In this document: piece by piece, positions 15,535 to 20,578 of the stretch
Position numbering within the stretch: the first letter of the stretch is position 1
Layout of the letters: the number at the start of each line of letters is the position of its first letter
DNA from: Gemmatimonadota bacterium
GTDB lineage: Bacteria > Gemmatimonadota > Gemmatimonadetes > Palauibacterales > Palauibacteraceae
DNA length: 20,578 bases
Assembly: GCA_039588275.1 (NCBI GenBank)
Contig: JBDHAC010000062.1
Coordinates: 1-20,578, forward strand
Reading direction: 5' to 3'
The notes under the pieces: generated by a model
Told to the model about the DNA's origin: nothing
Databases searched by the model: none
What the model saw: the letters and a program-made list of their open reading frames with translations, nothing else
Program-made: the position numbers and the translations under genes

Positions 15535-17232
15535 ATGTCGCCGGAGGCGCGGGCAAAGCTGGCGACCATGACCGAGGACGAGCGCGCGCTTCTCAGACCG
15601 CTCGTCGAGACGTCGCGGACCTATTACGTGGTGGCGTCTTTCCTGGGCTTCATCGTGCTCTGGGGGATCTTCGCCTACTATCTGCAGGTTCGGCACGGGC
15701 TCGGCCGCACGGGGCTGAATCGGCCCGAGTATTGGGGCATCTACATCATCTGCTTCGTCTTCTTCATCGGGATCAGCCATGCGGGAACCCTCATCTCGGC
15801 GATCCTTCGAGTCAGCAAGGCCGAGTGGCGGCGGTCGATCACGCGTTCGGCCGAGCTGATCACGGTTCTGGTGATCGGATTCGGCGCGATCCAGCCGATC
15901 GTCGACCTCGGGCGACCCGACCGGGCGTTGAATATCATCTTCAATGCGCAGCTGGGCTCCCCGCTCCTGTGGGACGTCATCAGCATCGGGTTGTACTTTA
16001 CCGCCTGCACGATCTACTTGTACGTTCCGATGTTGCCGGATCTGGCCCGGATCCGTGACCTCGAGATCAAGGCGCCGCGCTTCTACCGCCTTCTCGCCGC
16101 CGGGTACCAGCACACACCCTCGCAGCGAGCCACCCTCGAGCGGGTCATCGGTATCCTGTCGATCGTCGTGATCCCGATCGCCATCTCCGTGCACACCGTC
16201 ATCGGGTGGATCTTCGCCATGACGCTGCGGCCGATGTGGCACAGCACGATCTTCGGGCCGTACTTCGTCATGGGAGCCATCTATTCCGGTATCGCCGCCA
16301 TCCTGGTCGCGATGGTGATACTGAGGCGAGTGTACCATCTGGAGGATTACTTCAAGCCCGTACACTTCGACTACCTGGGGCGCCTGCTCCTCGTGTTCAG
16401 CCTGTTGTGGTTCTACTTCACGTTCGCCGAGTATCTCACCGTCTTCTACGGCGCGGAGCCGGCGGAGATGCGGACGTTCTGGGCCAAGGTCACCGGGCCC
16501 TTCGCGTTGCCGTTCTGGACCATGGTGATGGGATGTTTCTTCGTCCCGCTGTTCCTCATGGCACGGCGATCGACACGCACGCCGAAAGGTACGATGATCG
16601 CGGGTATCGCCGTACTGATCGGCATGTGGCTCGAGCGGTTCAACATCGTCGTACCGACGTCCGTGAACCCGATCTGGGAGCTCGAATCACTGGGGCGCTA
16701 CCTGCCGTCCTGGATCGAGGTCTCGATCATGTCCGCGACCTTCGCGGGGTTCGTGCTACTGTACATGATCGCGACCAAGTTCGTCCCGATCGTCTCCATA
16801 TGGGAGATGGAGGAGGGGCGGAAGGAGTCGGTGATCTCGACCTCCGAGCGCGTGTGGACCTATTTGCCTCAGCCGAAGGGCGCCGAGCAGATCCTCCGCA
16901 TTCTCGGGCATCTCGCGACCGTCGATCTGGAGGTCCAGGAGCAAGAGATCGAGCTGATCCGCGGGTTCGCCCGCAAGTGGAATATTCCGGCTCCGGACCT
17001 GACCCCGGGAGCCGTCACCGGAGAGAGCAGCCTGCCGAAGCTGCGTGAGGCGGTGCAAGCTTACCTGGAGTACGAGCCGTCACCCAATCAGGCGAGTCAG
17101 CTTCTCGAGGTCCTCAAGATGCTCGTCCGGGCGGATGAGGAGGTGGCCCGGGAGGAGGAAAGGGTACTCCTGGAGATCACGACCCTCATCCACGAGTACC
17201 TGGAGACCGCTCCGTCTGGTGCAGCCGCTTAG
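15535..17232 (+). CDS. nrfD: NrfD/PsrC family quinone-interacting membrane subunit (ActC-like) with C-terminal TerB-like domain
   Basis: WGIYIICFVFFIGISHAGTLISAILR, ITRSAE, DLGRP, WHSTIFGPYFVMGAIYSG, GMWLERFNIV; extra soluble helical domain at about residues 450-565. Confidence 0.92.
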   Translation: MSPEARAKLATMTEDERALLRPLVETSRTYYVVASFLGFIVLWGIFAYYLQVRHGLGRTGLNRPEYWGIYIICFVFFIGISHAGTLISAILRVSKAEWRRSITRSAELITVLVIGFGAIQPIVDLGRPDRALNIIFNAQLGSPLLWDVISIGLYFTACTIYLYVPMLPDLARIRDLEIKAPRFYRLLAAGYQHTPSQRATLERVIGILSIVVIPIAISVHTVIGWIFAMTLRPMWHSTIFGPYFVMGAIYSGIAAILVAMVILRRVYHLEDYFKPVHFDYLGRLLLVFSLLWFYFTFAEYLTVFYGAEPAEMRTFWAKVTGPFALPFWTMVMGCFFVPLFLMARRSTRTPKGTMIAGIAVLIGMWLERFNIVVPTSVNPIWELESLGRYLPSWIEVSIMSATFAGFVLLYMIATKFVPIVSIWEMEEGRKESVISTSERVWTYLPQPKGAEQILRILGHLATVDLEVQEQEIELIRGFARKWNIPAPDLTPGAVTGESSLPKLREAVQAYLEYEPSPNQASQLLEVLKMLVRADEEVAREEERVLLEITTLIHEYLETAPSGAAA

Positions 17233-17266
17233 AGTCCTCCGTAATGACCGCGGGACGGGAGCAATG

Positions 17267-18523
17267 ATGTCACACCGACGGCACATCTACCTGAAACTGA
17301 TCTGGGTGGCGGGCGTGGTCACGACCTCGGGGCTTATCGGCGCGCGCGACACGCAGGCCCAAACGGTCAACGCCATTCCCGGCGATCCCGTGGCCGGCCG
17401 ACGATTCTTCGTGGAGCACGACTGCGTGCGGTGCCACTCGATCTGGGGAGACGGCGGCACTTTGGGTCCCGATTTCGCGACCCTCGGTACGGGACGGAGC
17501 CTCCAGCAGCTCGCCGGACTGTTCTGGAACCACACGCCGCGAATGATCGAGACCGTCCGGGGACGCGGCTTCGAGTGGCCCAGGTTCAGCGAAGAAGAGT
17601 TGGCCGATATCATCAGCTATGTCTACTACGTGAAGCTGTTCGACGAACCGGGCGAAGTCGAGCTCGGCGAGCGGTGGTTCCAGGAGAAGCGTTGTTCAGC
17701 GTGTCACTCGGTCGGGGGCGTGGGTGGTCGCCCGGGCGGCGCGCTCGATCAGTACGCGCGTTACATCGCACCGGTCGCGCTGGCGCAGGGTATGTGGAAC
17801 CACGGTCCCGCCATGCAATCGCTGCAGATGACGAGCAGGATCCCGATGCCGACGTTCCTCGGGCGAGAGATCGCGGACTTGCAGGCGTATATTCGCGGAG
17901 CTTCGACGCTGCGGGATCGAGAAGTAGCTCTCCTCCCACCCCCCAATCCGAATCAGGGCCGGCGGCTGTTCTCGACCAAGGGCTGCAGCGCCTGTCACGG
18001 GAGCCGTGGCAGCGGCACCTCGTTTGGCCCCGATCTGCGCGAGGCCACCCAGCACATGCGGGTATCGGAAATCGCGGGCCGTCTATGGAACCACTCGGCA
18101 CGGATGGTGTCTGCCGTGCGCAGTCGGGGCATCGAGTTTCCCCGTTTCGAAGGAACGGAAATGGCGGACATCATCGCCTTCCTGTATTACCTCCGGTTCT
18201 ACGATACGGAGGGGGACTCGCGAAGGGGGAGTGAGGTGTTCGTACAGAAGGGCTGTGCGGTGTGCCACGCCACTGACGGAGGACCTGCGGGCGGACCCGA
18301 CCTGGCTGGCGTGCAGTCGGTCCTTACGCCGCTCGGTCTCGCCACGGCCATGTGGAATCACGCGCCAGCCATGTACGACCTTGCGCAGGTTCAGCACGCG
18401 GAGTGGCCCGTGTTCGAGGGGAATGAGATGCGGGACCTTTCCGCCTACCTGCACGACGTGGCTTCCGCACGGGCCGCAGGCACGGGGAGCGAGCCCGAGC
18501 CGGACGACGGGAGCGACCGCTAG
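17267..18523 (+). CDS. Periplasmic tetraheme cytochrome c (four tandem class-I-like domains)
   Basis: GGGAG RBS before ATG 17267 (ATG 17264 alternative); signal peptide ending TQA; CVRCH, CSACH, CSACH, CAVCH, each followed by WNHxxxM. Confidence 0.92.
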   Translation: MSHRRHIYLKLIWVAGVVTTSGLIGARDTQAQTVNAIPGDPVAGRRFFVEHDCVRCHSIWGDGGTLGPDFATLGTGRSLQQLAGLFWNHTPRMIETVRGRGFEWPRFSEEELADIISYVYYVKLFDEPGEVELGERWFQEKRCSACHSVGGVGGRPGGALDQYARYIAPVALAQGMWNHGPAMQSLQMTSRIPMPTFLGREIADLQAYIRGASTLRDREVALLPPPNPNQGRRLFSTKGCSACHGSRGSGTSFGPDLREATQHMRVSEIAGRLWNHSARMVSAVRSRGIEFPRFEGTEMADIIAFLYYLRFYDTEGDSRRGSEVFVQKGCAVCHATDGGPAGGPDLAGVQSVLTPLGLATAMWNHAPAMYDLAQVQHAEWPVFEGNEMRDLSAYLHDVASARAAGTGSEPEPDDGSDR

Positions 18524-19308
18524 CCACCGCTCGCAGCCGTTCCGGCCGCGCTCCCCCTTAGATATTCGATGATGCTGTCCGCCTCTTCAGTCGTCAGGGG
18601 CGTCACGTCCATCAACGGCATGTTGGCCTGCATCCGCCGCACCACGTCTTCCCAGCCGTCCGCCGTGTGTGCCTGCGTGGAGGGTAGCTCGTGGCAGACG
18701 CTGCACTTCTGGATTACCAGCTGGGCGCCCGGTCCCGTGTATTCACCCGGTTCCGCAGCCGGCATCGCGTTCCGTTGCAGGTAGGCGACCAGAGTGTCGA
18801 CGTCCGAGGGCTGCGGGAGCGCGGTCGAGCCCAATCCCGCAATCAGGATCTCGCCCAGCAGGCCCTCGGTCACGGGCCCACCCAGGCGGTCCGCGAGCGT
18901 CTCCGCCCGCATCAGCATCCGACGGGTCAGGACTGGCCATTCGGCCGCGGTGTGCATCTGGGGATCCGGCAGCCAGTGGCACTGGGTGCAGTACGCCTGC
19001 AGAAGGGCCGGGCCCCGCGTGTTGGGCTCGGGGAGATTCTCCCGCTGGAAGCTGGTCAGAGGCAGGCCCGCGCCGACCGAGCTGATCATCCGCCACCTCT
19101 GCGAGCGCGTCATGGCGGCGGTCGGGATGCCTCCGAGCTCCGCGAACACGCTATCCAGCATGGCGACCGTTCGGTCGGTATCGGTGACTGGCTGGCCATC
19201 TACACAACCCGCCGCGAGGACGCCGAGTGCGGCGCAGACGAGGGCCGACCGGCCGCCGCTCAACCACCGGCCGGGGCTCTTGGTCGTTGTTTTTGCAGAT
19301 AAGTTCAT
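18520..19308 (-). CDS. Diheme cytochrome c, probable lipoprotein
   Basis: ATG 19308 after GGGAGAG; hydrophobic stretch ending LAAGC; CTQCH...HTAAEWPVLTRRM and CSVCH...HTADGWEDVVRRM. Confidence 0.88.
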   Translation of the reverse strand: MNLSAKTTTKSPGRWLSGGRSALVCAALGVLAAGCVDGQPVTDTDRTVAMLDSVFAELGGIPTAAMTRSQRWRMISSVGAGLPLTSFQRENLPEPNTRGPALLQAYCTQCHWLPDPQMHTAAEWPVLTRRMLMRAETLADRLGGPVTEGLLGEILIAGLGSTALPQPSDVDTLVAYLQRNAMPAAEPGEYTGPGAQLVIQKCSVCHELPSTQAHTADGWEDVVRRMQANMPLMDVTPLTTEEADSIIEYLRGSAAGTAASGG

Positions 19309-19597
19309 CGCTCTCCCTTCCGTGGCCTCATGCGGCCCGGACCCCAATCTCCAGGCGCGCGGCGCGGTAGAATCCGTGTCGCAGGTCAGAGGATGAAGAA
19401 TCTCTCAGGATCCCGCAAATGCCCCGGTGCGGAATCTCTGATCACGGATCGACGCGCAGGGGCTTGCACCGGTCCTCGACTTAGCTCTAGTGTACAAGCG
19501 ATGTACTCGCTCGAGCAGAATCCAACCAACGCTTCTTACACGCCGCTCGGCTTCCTCGAGCGGCATCTTGCGTCACCCGCGCGGGCATGAGGGCCTC

Positions 19598-19891
19598 ATG
19601 ACCACCGATCTTACCGAAGACTATCAACATCTCGTCGAGCGCACCGAAGCCACGGTCGAGAAGTTTCGCGAGCGCGCTGAAGAGCTGAAGGAGATGCTCG
19701 GAGAAGCGCGCGCGGGACGAAAAGTGCAGATCCTGGCGATGATCGACCGGCTGGAGAAGAAGTACGACGGTGCCAAGGAGAGCCTCGCGGCGCTGACGCC
19801 CGACAGCCTGGAAGAGATCGGGCAGCTCCACCAGAAGATCGTATCGGAGCTGTCGGACATGAAGCGGACGATCGAGCACCGGATTCGTTAG
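19598..19891 (+). CDS. Small helical/coiled-coil hypothetical protein (97 aa)
   Basis: ATG 19598 after GAGGG; GC3-rich codons; charged amphipathic heptads (MTTDLTEDYQHLVERTEATVEKFRERAEELKEML...). Confidence 0.8.
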   Translation: MTTDLTEDYQHLVERTEATVEKFRERAEELKEMLGEARAGRKVQILAMIDRLEKKYDGAKESLAALTPDSLEEIGQLHQKIVSELSDMKRTIEHRIR

Positions 19892-19982
19892 CCGGAAGAT
19901 CCACCCACTCCAATCCGAGCACTCCGGTCGCACGCATCCGTGTGACCGCAATCGGCCGCCTGATCGTGGGCGGCCTCGCGCC

Positions 19983-20578
19983 TCACTCCTCGAATAGCGC
20001 CTTACGGACGAGTTGGTTCTGGCGCTGGGCGTGTTTCCCGGCGTATCCCTCTGCCGGGCTCGCCTTCGCGGGTCGACCCACGTAGACCGGGTGGCGCCCG
20101 AGCAGGTCCTCCAGCCGCGGCCGAACGAAGCTCCACGCTCCCATGTTTGCCGGCTCCTCCTGTACCCACCGGAGCTCGGCATCACCGGGGAAGGCGCCTG
20201 CGGCCGCACGTAGCCGCTCCGCGGGGAACGGATACAGGCGCTCGAGCCGGATGATCGCCGCGCGCGTGCGGCGCTCGGGCCGGTCAGCCGCCGCGGCCAG
20301 CAGGTCGTAGTAGACCTTTCCGGAACACAGGAGTATCCGTTCCACCTCGGAGGCCCGGGCGAGCGCCTCTTCGTCTTGCAGGACGGGCTCGAACGCGCCT
20401 TCGGACAGGTCGGCGATGGATGAGCGGGCGCTCGGGTGCCGCAGGAGACTCTTCGGAGTCATGACCACCAGGGGCCGCCTGGTGGGGTGCCTGGCCTGGA
20501 GCCGAAGCAGGTGGAAGTACTGAGCCGGCGTCGTGCAGTTCGCGATGCGGATGTTGCCCTCGGCCGCGAGTTGCAGGA
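19983..20578 (-). CDS. sucA: 2-oxoglutarate dehydrogenase E1 component, C-terminal part (5' end outside window)
   Basis: LQLAAEGNIRIANCTTPAQYFHLLR, PLVVMTPKSLLRHP, LLCSGKVYYDL, WVQEEPANMGAW, YVGRPAKASPAEG. Confidence 0.96.
   Translation of the reverse strand, partial: LQLAAEGNIRIANCTTPAQYFHLLRLQARHPTRRPLVVMTPKSLLRHPSARSSIADLSEGAFEPVLQDEEALARASEVERILLCSGKVYYDLLAAAADRPERRTRAAIIRLERLYPFPAERLRAAAGAFPGDAELRWVQEEPANMGAWSFVRPRLEDLLGRHPVYVGRPAKASPAEGYAGKHAQRQNQLVRKALFEE

Noticed and set aside
12474..17232. Calling the second module polysulfide, tetrathionate or nitrite reductase
   Set aside because: No recognisable Cys Mo-ligand motif, no NrfA or TorD-type chaperone gene; the leading pentaheme and QrcC-like ferredoxin fit Qrc/ACIII-like complexes better.

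Overview
GC-rich bacterial window (gene style suggests Gemmatimonadota; this is inference). Left end: a minus-strand membrane-anchored TolB/PD40 beta-propeller gene running off the window (absent from the ORF track), an array of seven minus-strand tRNAs (Val-GAC, Asp-GTC, Ala-CGC, Thr-CGT, Gly-GCC, Pro-CGG, Pro-GGG) with a small membrane-protein gene between the two tRNA-Pro genes, and a DegT/DnrJ/EryC1/StrS aminotransferase. The core (3.7-19.3 kb) is a respiratory locus with two related quinone-interacting complexes in tandem. The first is an Alternative Complex III operon actABCDEF, whose ActA appears lipid-anchored and has its fifth heme motif broken (RAACH). The second, after a 382-bp gap with a candidate sigma54 promoter, is a Qrc/ACIII-like module: pentaheme cytochrome c, TAT molybdopterin-oxidoreductase-fold subunit with an intact FS0 motif, a 16-Cys ferredoxin and an NrfD/ActC-type membrane subunit fused to a TerB-like domain, followed by a tetraheme cytochrome made of four WNHxxxM repeats and a convergent diheme lipoprotein. 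Right end: a small coiled-coil protein and the 3' end of sucA. Best candidate for an undescribed system: the second complex with its NrfD-TerB fusion, sitting where ACIII operons often carry terminal oxidase genes.
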